64,000 bases of DNA from an uncultured Pirellulales bacterium (GTDB taxonomy: Bacteria; Planctomycetota; Phycisphaerae; Sedimentisphaerales; Anaerohalosphaeraceae): the NCBI GenBank assembly GCA_964386005.1, contig CAYLSB010000015.1, forward strand, positions 2,986 through 66,985, in the 5' to 3' direction. Positions 8,887 through 17,601 of the stretch are shown here, piece after piece. A program made the translations under genes and the position numbers. Positions within the stretch are counted from its first letter, which is position 1. The number at the start of each line of letters is the position of its first letter. The notes beneath the pieces are model-generated. The model ran no database searches. It was given only the letters and a program-made list of their open reading frames with translations, and was not told the origin of the DNA.

Positions 8887-10140
8887 TTATCCGGCTGAAC
8901 TGATTTGCCGCTGGGCCGATTCCAGCCATGACTTATTGATTGAAACGCCCCAGCCCGGTCCGTTGGGAATCGCCACTTTGCCATCCTGAACCTTCAGGAC
9001 CGGCTCATACAGGCCGTCCGTCCAGTCGTTGTTCTCGATGGTGTATTCGATGAATGGCGCTGGATTGGGGATTGCTCCCATCAGGTGAAGGGCGAAGACA
9101 GTCACCATCGACAAGTTAGCCGAGTGCGGCACGACGGTGAGACCGGAACGACGGGCCATCTCAACAACGCGCAATGTCCGAGTCAGGCCGCCGATATAAC
9201 AGACGTCCGGCTGGGCGATATCCATCGCCGGGATCGCGATCATCCGTCGCCACTGGGCCAGATCGTTGTCCTGCTCGCCGCCGGCGATGGGAACCTTCAG
9301 AGCTTTGGTCACCTCGGCGGTCCATTCAAATTCCCAATAGGGACAGGGTTCCTCGAAATGCACGACATGATTCTGTTCGAGCATCCGTCCGACTTCAATG
9401 GCTTTGTCGGGCGTGTAGCAACTGTTGGCATCGACCATCAGCGCTGTGTCGGGGCCGATTGCTTTCCGGACGGCCGGTACGATCTGGTCCGTACGACCCG
9501 GCCAGGGATCGCGGTTGTGCCCGGCTTCGGAGCCGATGCGGATTTTAAAGGCGGCGAATCCATGGGAATCCCGCAGGGCGGCCAGCCGTTTGGCTTCCTC
9601 TTCGGCGGTGATCGTCCGACTCATACTCGAACCATAAACGGCCATCACGCGAGGTTTTCCGCCGAGCAGATCGCATACGCTTTTGTTCTCGATCCTGCCG
9701 CGAAGGTCCCACAAGGCCGTATCCACGCCCGCCAGCGCCCGGCAGACAAAGGACCAGGGAAACTTCAGGTTTTTGTCGATACAGATGTCGCAAATATCGG
9801 CGACATCGTATGGGTCTTTTCCCAAAGCATGCGGAGCGATCTTGCGATGGAGGATCGTCGCGGAGATGTCGGCGTCGAATGGGGCGATCTGTCCGTATCC
9901 TTCGGCGCCGCTATCGGTGGTTACACGGACAACACTCAGGGAACCCTTCGTGAAGGTTTCGATGGTCTTGATCTTGGTGCCGCTTTTGCCGGTAACCAGC
10001 GAATCCATCGACCAGCTTTTCATGTCGCTTGTCCGGATCGGGACGGGTTTTCCCAGTCCGAAGGTCCGGTCGGACAAAAACGGTACGACAATCGTTGCCG
10101 CTGCCGCGGCTTTCATAAAATCTCGACGGGATGTGTTCAT
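8887..10140 (-). CDS. Enolase-superfamily enzyme (mandelate racemase / muconate lactonizing family) with a twin-arginine signal
   Basis: Start trimmed to MNTSRRDFMKAAAAATIVVPFLS (Tat-type RRxFxK followed by a hydrophobic stretch). Metal-ligand context: MVDANS, FEEPC, AGGEQD. Confidence 0.8.
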   Translation of the reverse strand: MNTSRRDFMKAAAAATIVVPFLSDRTFGLGKPVPIRTSDMKSWSMDSLVTGKSGTKIKTIETFTKGSLSVVRVTTDSGAEGYGQIAPFDADISATILHRKIAPHALGKDPYDVADICDICIDKNLKFPWSFVCRALAGVDTALWDLRGRIENKSVCDLLGGKPRVMAVYGSSMSRTITAEEEAKRLAALRDSHGFAAFKIRIGSEAGHNRDPWPGRTDQIVPAVRKAIGPDTALMVDANSCYTPDKAIEVGRMLEQNHVVHFEEPCPYWEFEWTAEVTKALKVPIAGGEQDNDLAQWRRMIAIPAMDIAQPDVCYIGGLTRTLRVVEMARRSGLTVVPHSANLSMVTVFALHLMGAIPNPAPFIEYTIENNDWTDGLYEPVLKVQDGKVAIPNGPGWGVSINKSWLESAQRQISSAG

Positions 10141-10168
10141 CGGACACCTGCCTGTTTTGAAGTTCGTT

Positions 10169-11005
10169 TCAGACCTGTGATTGATTCCCACCGATTGGAA
10201 TCGTTACAATACGAATATCCCGGTCACGATCGGCGGCGATGGCCAGCGTATTACCCTTGGCATCCACAGCGATACTCTGGCCGCCATAGACCTGCCCCGT
10301 CCAGGGTCCGTGAGAGATTTGGCCGACCAGATCCGTTCCGACAACCGGAGCACCGATAGACTCGGCTGTTCTTTTCACGACGCGATGAAGTTCCATTCCA
10401 TGCCGCGGCCATTTTTTTTCTTCGGCGGCCCAGCCGTAGGGGACCAGCAGGAGATCGACCCCCAGACGTTTGATCTTCTGCAAAACGGCCTCCTCAAACG
10501 TATCAGCGCAGATCACAAGTCCGATCTTTCCCAGCGGTGTCGATGCCGGGGTAATATCCCTTACGGTCCCGGCCATGTACGGCGGATACATCAGTTCAGG
10601 CAGGGTGTTGACCTTACGATGTTTCAACACAATCCGTCCGTCCGGATCGACAAGGATCGCTGAATCATAGAGGCATTCGTTATCCAGCTCGTCGATCCCG
10701 ATACACAGGTACAATCCGTGATCTTTGGCCAGACGACACAACCGATCGGTGTCTTGCCCGGGTATTGGAGCGGCTCGTTTATGGGCATCCGGATTGACCC
10801 AGCCGAGAATCGCCGATTCAGGAAAACAGGCAATCTGAGCCGAGGCCTGTTTCGCTTCGGTCAGGGCATGTTCGATCCGTGCGAAGTTGCCCTCACGATC
10901 TCCGTCCAGGCAGACAATCTGACACATCGCCACTCGGATGGAACGACGGTATTTTTTTTCTCCATCAGTGAATTTCGATCCGGCCATGTTGTTCTCCGTA
11001 ATCAT
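10169..11005 (-). CDS. Carbon-nitrogen hydrolase (nitrilase superfamily)
   Basis: A Glu-Lys-Cys triad context is present (IACFPESA, LKHRKVN, LVICADTF) in about 275 aa. An alternative start exists at 10987. Confidence 0.8.
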   Translation of the reverse strand: MITENNMAGSKFTDGEKKYRRSIRVAMCQIVCLDGDREGNFARIEHALTEAKQASAQIACFPESAILGWVNPDAHKRAAPIPGQDTDRLCRLAKDHGLYLCIGIDELDNECLYDSAILVDPDGRIVLKHRKVNTLPELMYPPYMAGTVRDITPASTPLGKIGLVICADTFEEAVLQKIKRLGVDLLLVPYGWAAEEKKWPRHGMELHRVVKRTAESIGAPVVGTDLVGQISHGPWTGQVYGGQSIAVDAKGNTLAIAADRDRDIRIVTIPIGGNQSQV

Positions 11006-11035
11006 TAACCGATCGAAAACCGATTCTCCGGCCGT

Positions 11036-12949
11036 TTACGTTCCAGCGGGATTGGACGGGTTCACCGGCCCGGCCGGGCGGCTCTTTCGCTTGCTCAAGT
11101 CATAGGTGATGGAATAGGCCTCGCCGTCGAATTCAGTTTTAATCTCATAGCCGCTATTATAGAAGATCTGCAGCATGGCTTTGTTGATCGGCAACACCGT
11201 CGCATAAAACGATCTGACTCCGCGGCCGCGAGCGATCTTGGTGATGTATTCCAGCAGAAAACTGCCCATTCCCTTGTCCTGCCATTCATCCTGTACGATA
11301 AACGCCACCTCCGCCACGCCCGTTTTGGGATCGAGGAAGTATTGGGCGATCGCGACGATCTCATCGCCCGCGGGGCTGGGAACCACCGCCACAATCGCCA
11401 GGTTCTGCTGGTAATCCACATTGGTGAGTTTCTGTACATCTTTGTGCGGAAATGTCTTGGTATGGGAGAAGTATCTCCGCTTGATCGACTGGCTGCTCAG
11501 GGAATACAGCATGTCGGAAAGCGTCTCTTCGTCGGTGGGCTTGACCGGCCGGAAAAAGATCTCGGTGCCATCCCGGAGCGTTTCGAAATGTTCCAGTTCG
11601 TCGGGATAGCGGACCTTTTCCCATTCCAGCTCGATCTGGTCGGCCTGGACATACTGTTGGGCCTTGGCGGCCTGGATCAGTTCCTTGCGGAATTTCGGAT
11701 GAGCGATGTTGATCAACGACATGGCTCGCTCGCGAATGCTCTTGCCGTGCAGGTATGCAATCCCGAATTCGGTTACCACATAATGCACATCGCCCCGTGT
11801 GGTCACTACACCGGCGCCATCGGCAAGTTTGGGGACGATTCGACTGATGGACTCGTCCCTGGCCGTTGAGGGCATCGCGATAATGGGCTTGCCTTCCCGG
11901 CTGCGGGCGCAACCCCGAATGAAATCGACCTGGCCCCCGATGCCGCTGTAGAATTTGTAACCAAGCGAATCGGCACAAACCTGGCCGGTCAGATCGATCT
12001 CCAGGCCGACGTTGATGCCGACCATCTTGTCATGCTGAGCGATGATGAATGGGTCGTTGACGTATTCGGTCGGGTGAAACTCGAACATCGGGTTGTTGTT
12101 AATGTAATCATAGAGCCGCTGTGAACCCATGCAGAAACTGGCAACGACTTTTCCGTGATTGATGGTCTTCTTCGTACACGTTACAGCTCCACACTCGATC
12201 AATTCAAGAATCCAGTCGCCGAACATCTCGGTATGAATTCCCAGTTCTTTCTTGTCGTGCAGAAATTCCGCCATGGCCTGGGGAATTCGCCCGATGCCGC
12301 ATTCGATGGTGCTGCCATCCCCCACGAGCCGCGCCAGATTCTGCCCGATTCTCCGCAAGACTTCCGTCGGTTCGGCCGATTCAACGGCGACGATCGGTTC
12401 ATCGAACGGGACCATCCAGTCGATCGCATTGATATGGATAAAGCTGTTCCCGAACGTTCGCGGCATGTGCGAATTCACCTGGGCGATCACGAGCTTGGCG
12501 TTGGCCGCGGCCGACTTGACAATATCCACCGATACGCCCAGACTGCACAGCCCGTTGACATCCGGAGGGGTAACGCTGATCAGCGCCACATCCACCGGCA
12601 TCCGTCCGCTGGCAAACAGCCGCGGAATATCCGATAAAAAGATCGGCGTATAATCCCCCACGCCCCGCTCCAGAGCGCCGCGGACGTTGTCGGCGATGAA
12701 GAAACAGTTCATCTTGAATTTGTCCGCCAGCTTTTCGCTGGCGTACGGGGCCGACCCCATGGTCAACAGATGGATGATATGGGCGTCATAGATATGCCCC
12801 GAATGTTCCACCAGGGCATGGACCAGATGCTGCGGCTGGCCGCATCCGGTGCCGATGAAAATATTATCGCCCGATTTGACCTGACGAATCGCTTCCGGAG
12901 CCGTGCAAACCTGCCGGGCATACTTTTGTTTCCAATCGAAGTTTGGCAT
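11036..12949 (-). CDS. Acetyl-CoA hydrolase/transferase domain fused to a C-terminal Pat-type GNAT acetyltransferase domain
   Basis: The N-terminal 440 aa or so resemble 4-hydroxybutyrate/acetyl-CoA CoA-transferases (SGDNIFIGTGCGQPQHLVHAL..., GIGGQVDFIRG). The C-terminal 170 aa or so match the GNAT of protein lysine acetyltransferase Pat (FFRPVKPTDEE...SIKRRYFS...LTNVDYQQNLAIVAV...AEVAFIVQDEWQDKGMGSFLL). Confidence 0.85.
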   Translation of the reverse strand: MPNFDWKQKYARQVCTAPEAIRQVKSGDNIFIGTGCGQPQHLVHALVEHSGHIYDAHIIHLLTMGSAPYASEKLADKFKMNCFFIADNVRGALERGVGDYTPIFLSDIPRLFASGRMPVDVALISVTPPDVNGLCSLGVSVDIVKSAAANAKLVIAQVNSHMPRTFGNSFIHINAIDWMVPFDEPIVAVESAEPTEVLRRIGQNLARLVGDGSTIECGIGRIPQAMAEFLHDKKELGIHTEMFGDWILELIECGAVTCTKKTINHGKVVASFCMGSQRLYDYINNNPMFEFHPTEYVNDPFIIAQHDKMVGINVGLEIDLTGQVCADSLGYKFYSGIGGQVDFIRGCARSREGKPIIAMPSTARDESISRIVPKLADGAGVVTTRGDVHYVVTEFGIAYLHGKSIRERAMSLINIAHPKFRKELIQAAKAQQYVQADQIELEWEKVRYPDELEHFETLRDGTEIFFRPVKPTDEETLSDMLYSLSSQSIKRRYFSHTKTFPHKDVQKLTNVDYQQNLAIVAVVPSPAGDEIVAIAQYFLDPKTGVAEVAFIVQDEWQDKGMGSFLLEYITKIARGRGVRSFYATVLPINKAMLQIFYNSGYEIKTEFDGEAYSITYDLSKRKSRPAGPVNPSNPAGT

Positions 12950-12984
12950 CTTAAACCCTCTCTATGTCAGGGTTTGTTATCATT

Positions 12985-13638
12985 TTAGGTATTATCCTGA
13001 ACCTCTAATACGCTCGGAAGGACCCTTCGGATATCAACTTCAAGTTTCTGAAATGCTCTAAGTTGTCTTAGGGAGCTGAAGTCTTCAATGAAATCCGGAA
13101 TCCGCCGAATGGCCTGTGATGTATTGAATTGCTTTTTTCTTCGTCCATGTAAACCGCTTGCGGTTTTTAATGCCTCGTGCAAAAGACTCTTGGGGTCAGA
13201 AAGTTGTTCTATATCGCTACATCTTGGTAGATTCAAAGAATCATCCCCATTTGGATTTCCCGATGCCTTACGAATCGCAGTCTCGTTAGTTAAGAGCCAT
13301 GCTTCCATCATCCGAACAGGGACAATGCCGACATAACGAGGATAATTCTGGAATTGAATCTGTTGGATTGCTTTCTCGATCTCAAAATATCTCTGTTCTG
13401 CGGCTTGCCCTTCGCTATCTCGATGGACAAACAAAAGATTACACGGATACAACCGAACGGCTTTTTCGATTCGTTCCGGCAACTCCTTCGGCGGTTTTGG
13501 AATTCTTCGAAGGTCGGCACATATAGACTGGATGGGAACCATCGGAGGAAGCTGAAGGCGAAGAATCCATGTCAGAATCGGGATCAACACCTGATCTGAA
13601 GAACCATCGCTTAATAGACTAAATCGAATTTCCATCAT
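12985..13638 (-). CDS. Small Toprim-like / DUF4276-like protein, partner of the upstream ATPase (family assignment tentative)
   Basis: Track ORF trimmed to ATG 13638 or 13635 (MMEIRFSLLSDGSSDQVLIPIL...). It has a hydrophobic strand plus an acidic patch (LLSDGSSD), then LLFVHRDSEG and VPVRMMEAWLL, a pattern reminiscent of Toprim-type nuclease partners. It overlaps the ATPase stop by about 17-20 nt and lies in AT-rich DNA. Confidence 0.5.
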   Translation of the reverse strand: MMEIRFSLLSDGSSDQVLIPILTWILRLQLPPMVPIQSICADLRRIPKPPKELPERIEKAVRLYPCNLLFVHRDSEGQAAEQRYFEIEKAIQQIQFQNYPRYVGIVPVRMMEAWLLTNETAIRKASGNPNGDDSLNLPRCSDIEQLSDPKSLLHEALKTASGLHGRRKKQFNTSQAIRRIPDFIEDFSSLRQLRAFQKLEVDIRRVLPSVLEVQDNT

Positions 13639-15115
13639 TTGCCATAAAAGGTAAATAAGGTTGGATGTCTGTCCGATCAATTACACGGATCCTTCGTGTT
13701 TTCAGCTTATTCTGTTGACTGTCTTTACCGCCATCTTCTTTCATGACCGGGTTTAGATATTCCATCAATTTCCCTATCGGACAAGAAGGAAACTCGTGAC
13801 CCTCGGGCGTTTTCATTTTTGTACGCCATGTATCGGCCAAACAACTCAGGGACATACCGCGAATGATTGATTTCTCATATAGCATTTCGTTCCATTCCGC
13901 TATCAGAAGACAATCCTCGGGTACTTGTTGAACCACGGAAGGGGAATGTGTATTGATAATCACTTGTCTTGAAGGATTATCCGGACCAATTGGGTCATCG
14001 GAATCCGAGGCGATATCCTGCAATAACTGAAGCATTGCTGGAATTCGGCCCGGATGAATCCCGTTTTCCGGCTCTTCCAGACATAGCAATCCGTGAAATT
14101 CCGGATCGTTCACCAGAACGGCTAAAGCCAGAAATCGAAGGGAACCATCCGAGAGTGACCGGGCTGCCAAAGGATTCCCATCGCGACTTCTGACGGTTAA
14201 GGTGAGAAGTTCTCGTTTGTTATCGCGATCTACATCCAATTCATGGACCTCGTCGATCAATTGAGCCAGCCGATTCCCGACTTGGGATAATATCTGACTT
14301 CCGGAGGGAACCGATTTTCCATTCCCCTTGGGATGAGCCAACCGATACAAAGTCGCCGGAAGGTGGGAACCATTCGATCCAAGACGGGAGGACGCCGAAA
14401 ATCCATCCGGGCTTCGTAACGCTGACGGTTCCAGTTGAAACAATTGCCAGGATTGCATTTCCTTCTTCACCAAAGCGGCGGTGGGAGTTTCCGCAGTTGT
14501 TGCTGACAAGACCGTCCGAGGCATATCGGATGCGATTCGGGGGCTCGGTTTGCCAGATCGGCCATCCTGATGCAATTGGATACGGCCGTTGTCAGTGGAA
14601 ATAAATTTTCCACCGGCTCGTTTCCCTTTTACGACGGATTTACGCCATTCATCACTGTGACTGAACAATAAATGTTTTTTAGCGTCGGTTTGGGTAATGT
14701 GAACTAATTCTTCTTTGAGAAGTTCCAGATTTCCTGACGATCGGTTTTCCTCGTCCCGATATCCCAACTCGATGGAATAACGGACAAATGTTGTGGTTGC
14801 TTTTGCTTCTTGCCCCAAATCATCGACTCCATTATAGGGAATAATCATTTCGGCTTCAAAACTCATTTTGGGGGCGATATTGTCTCCGGATTTTGAGAAT
14901 AGACTCTTGATGTCAGTGGTTTTCCCATCCTCATCCCGGACTGAGAGTGCCGCCTCCATTAAGCTGCTGTGAGACAAGGAACTCAAAAAACAGATTGCAT
15001 CGAAAAGATTCGATTTTCCGACACCGTTTGCTCCCGCAATACAGGTAAATGGGCCGAATCGAACATCGACATTCCACAAATTTTTAAATCCGGAAACTTT
15101 GAGTTTTGTTAACAT
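13619..15115 (-). CDS. ABC-type (AAA_15/AAA_21-like, RecF/SMC-head-like) ATPase
   Basis: N-terminal MLTKLKVSGFKNLWNVDVRFGPFTCIAGANGVGKSNLFDAICF (Walker A). It has a long insert, then the signature-like LSDGSLRFLALAVL, Walker B LLCLEEPENGIHP and H-loop IINTHSP. Confidence 0.8.
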   Translation of the reverse strand: MLTKLKVSGFKNLWNVDVRFGPFTCIAGANGVGKSNLFDAICFLSSLSHSSLMEAALSVRDEDGKTTDIKSLFSKSGDNIAPKMSFEAEMIIPYNGVDDLGQEAKATTTFVRYSIELGYRDEENRSSGNLELLKEELVHITQTDAKKHLLFSHSDEWRKSVVKGKRAGGKFISTDNGRIQLHQDGRSGKPSPRIASDMPRTVLSATTAETPTAALVKKEMQSWQLFQLEPSALRSPDGFSASSRLGSNGSHLPATLYRLAHPKGNGKSVPSGSQILSQVGNRLAQLIDEVHELDVDRDNKRELLTLTVRSRDGNPLAARSLSDGSLRFLALAVLVNDPEFHGLLCLEEPENGIHPGRIPAMLQLLQDIASDSDDPIGPDNPSRQVIINTHSPSVVQQVPEDCLLIAEWNEMLYEKSIIRGMSLSCLADTWRTKMKTPEGHEFPSCPIGKLMEYLNPVMKEDGGKDSQQNKLKTRRIRVIDRTDIQPYLPFMANDGNSI

Positions 15116-15233
15116 GTTTCACTCCTATGGTATGAACCACAGGTTGTTGATTCAACCGAATATGATTGACTATATATCGTCAGACATTTCTTTTCTGATG
15201 TTATACCATACCCAATAAAAATCGAACACAAAA

Positions 15234-17351
15234 TCATCCCGTTTTCGTTCCGATCAGGGACATCATGGCATCGACGGCGATGGGGGTCATTCCTTCCCGG
15301 CCGACGATAAACGGATTGATATCCATCTCCTTGATCTGCGGGAATTCCGTCACCAGTTGCGATAGTCTCTGTAATGCCTCTGCAATGGCGTCAATATCCA
15401 CTCCCTCATCGCCGCGAACGCCGCGCAGGATGTCATACGTCCGCGTCCGTACCAGCATTTCCTTGGCCTCCGACGAGGTCAGCGGCGCCGGGTAGAACGC
15501 CACGTCTTCCAGCACTTCGACGAGTTTGCCGCCCATACCGAACATCATCAGCGGACCGAATCGCGGATCCCGCGTCATCCCGAGGATCACCTCGCGGCCG
15601 TGTTGGTACATTTTCTCAACCGTAATACCCAGAATATTCACATTGGCGATTTTCTTGGGTATCCGATACATCATCAGATCGAAGGTATCCATCACCTCCT
15701 GATCATTCTTGACATCCGTCTTGACCCCGCCGACATCGCTTTTGTGCACGATATCCGGCGACCACACCTTGAGTACCACCGGATAGCCGATCTGATTGGC
15801 GATATTGGCCGCCTGTTCCGCCGAATTGGCCAGACCTCCCGGCGGGGTAACAAAGCCATAGGCCTGCAGAATCTCCTTGGTGTCCATCTCTCCGAGTTCA
15901 AGCTGGTGATTGCGAAGGTGCCGTTCGAGAATCCGCTCGACCTTGCGCCGGTTGACGGGAAACAGTTTGACAATCCGCTTGGGTTTCGATCGCCACTTGG
16001 CATACTGAACCATCGTCCGGAGCGCCGCCACAGCGCTTTCGGGAGAATCGTAACTGGGTATCCCGCCATGACGAAGAGCCAGAATCGCTTCGGCGGTACG
16101 GTCGGCTCCGAGGAAGCAGGCCAGGATGGGCTTTTCCTTCCGATCTCCGGCCACGCGGATAACGGCTTCGGCCGTCGCCATGCATTCGGTCATAGCGTGG
16201 GGGCTGAGCAACACCAGCAGCGACTGAACGTTTGGATCATCCAGAACCGCCCTCATCGCATATTCGTATCGATCGGACAAGGCGTCTCCCAGGAGATCCA
16301 GGGGATTACTGATATTGGAAACCGCGGCCGTTTCCATAATCAGCGATATTCGTGCGATGGTTTCCGGCGTGAATTTCGCCAACTCCAGACCTTCTCTCTC
16401 AATGGCGTCGGTCGCCATAATTCCCGCGCCGCCGGCATTGGCGATCACCCCCACGGCCGGACCGGTCGGCAACGGCTGGTTGGCAAATGCACGTGCATAA
16501 TCGAACTGTGCCTTGATGGATTCGCACCGAATTACGCCGGCCCGTTCAAATACGCACTCATACGCATTTTCCGAACCGGCCAGCCGCCCGGTATGCGAAG
16601 TCGCCGCTCGCGCACCGGCCTCCGTTCCCCCGGCTTTCAGCAACAGGATCGGCTTGCGACGGCTGATCCGCTCCGACTGCCGGATGAATTCGTCACCGTC
16701 GGTGATCGTCTCCAGATAACCGGCGATCACATGTGTGTTCGGATCGTCGCCCAGATAGCGAATCAGTTCCATCTCATCAATATCCGCCTTATTTCCGATG
16801 CTGGCCAGCTTACTGAATCCAATGTCCATCGAACGGGACATATCCACCATCGCCGCCAGGATGGATCCCGATTGTGAAAGGTATCCCAGATGCCCCGGCT
16901 TCGGCAGGTCGCCGCCGAAACTCGCATTCAGTTTGGTTTCCGGACACATGACCCCGATGCAATTGGGACCGATCATCCGAATGCCGCCCGTCCGGGCGAT
17001 TTTTACCACCGCTTGTTCCAACTCGGCTCCCTCAGGTCCCGATTCCTTGAATCCGGAAGAAATGACAATGACCGCCTTAACCCCCAGATCGACACACGAT
17101 TGCATGGCCGCGGGGACTTGTTTGGCCGCTACAACGATGACCACCAGATCCAGAGGTTTTTGAATAGACTTGAGATCCGGATACGATTGGAGACCCTGGA
17201 CCTCGTCACAGGTGGGATTGACCGGGAAAATATCCCCGGAAAATCCTCCCCGCTTCATCGCGGCAAGGATCTCATAGCCGACTTTCCCCGGCTTGCGGGA
17301 TGCGCCCATGATGGCTACGCTTTGTGGGGCGAAAAACAGGTCCAGACTCAT
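15234..17351 (-). CDS. Acetate--CoA ligase (ADP-forming), fused alpha/beta type (Acd)
   Basis: CoA-binding N-terminus (FFAPQSVAIMGASRKPGKVGYEI), a succinyl-CoA-synthetase-like flavodoxin domain with ATSHTGRLAGS (phosphohistidine loop), and a C-terminal ATP-grasp (GYPVVLKVWSPDIVHKSDVGGV). At 705 aa it carries no GNAT domain. Confidence 0.85.
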   Translation of the reverse strand: MSLDLFFAPQSVAIMGASRKPGKVGYEILAAMKRGGFSGDIFPVNPTCDEVQGLQSYPDLKSIQKPLDLVVIVVAAKQVPAAMQSCVDLGVKAVIVISSGFKESGPEGAELEQAVVKIARTGGIRMIGPNCIGVMCPETKLNASFGGDLPKPGHLGYLSQSGSILAAMVDMSRSMDIGFSKLASIGNKADIDEMELIRYLGDDPNTHVIAGYLETITDGDEFIRQSERISRRKPILLLKAGGTEAGARAATSHTGRLAGSENAYECVFERAGVIRCESIKAQFDYARAFANQPLPTGPAVGVIANAGGAGIMATDAIEREGLELAKFTPETIARISLIMETAAVSNISNPLDLLGDALSDRYEYAMRAVLDDPNVQSLLVLLSPHAMTECMATAEAVIRVAGDRKEKPILACFLGADRTAEAILALRHGGIPSYDSPESAVAALRTMVQYAKWRSKPKRIVKLFPVNRRKVERILERHLRNHQLELGEMDTKEILQAYGFVTPPGGLANSAEQAANIANQIGYPVVLKVWSPDIVHKSDVGGVKTDVKNDQEVMDTFDLMMYRIPKKIANVNILGITVEKMYQHGREVILGMTRDPRFGPLMMFGMGGKLVEVLEDVAFYPAPLTSSEAKEMLVRTRTYDILRGVRGDEGVDIDAIAEALQRLSQLVTEFPQIKEMDINPFIVGREGMTPIAVDAMMSLIGTKTG

Positions 17352-17601
17352 TATCTCCTCGAGTTGGAATCCGTGAGTCTATCTGTCAGGCATTCCCTAT
17401 TAAAAGACCATTATACCCGTTCTTCATCATTCCGCAATAGGTGTCTTATCTGATTGTCCTTCGGATAACGAAATCGTTGACAGACGGGTTCGAACGAAAG
17501 AGGGAAGGGATTATCGTTGCCGATTTTACATTTTTGAATTACCATCGGGATCCGTTGGATGACCATGACCCTATCAATACGATAAGAGTAAGGAGTTGAC
17601 G

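Noticed and set aside
9085-10359. 424-aa plus-strand ORF spanning two minus-strand genes
   Set aside because: It is antisense to the enolase-superfamily and C-N hydrolase genes and crosses their intergenic gap. The sequence is Arg/Gly/Pro-rich and low in complexity.
12950-15233. A bounded mobile element (integrase, transposase, att or inverted repeats) around the AT-rich ATPase cassette
   Set aside because: I found no recombinase gene and no flanking direct or inverted repeats by eye. Only the compositional shift supports horizontal origin, so I did not call a mobile_element feature.
15600-16877. 425-aa plus-strand ORF
   Set aside because: It is antisense to the ADP-forming acetyl-CoA synthetase. 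The composition is Arg/Gly/His-rich and no motifs are present.
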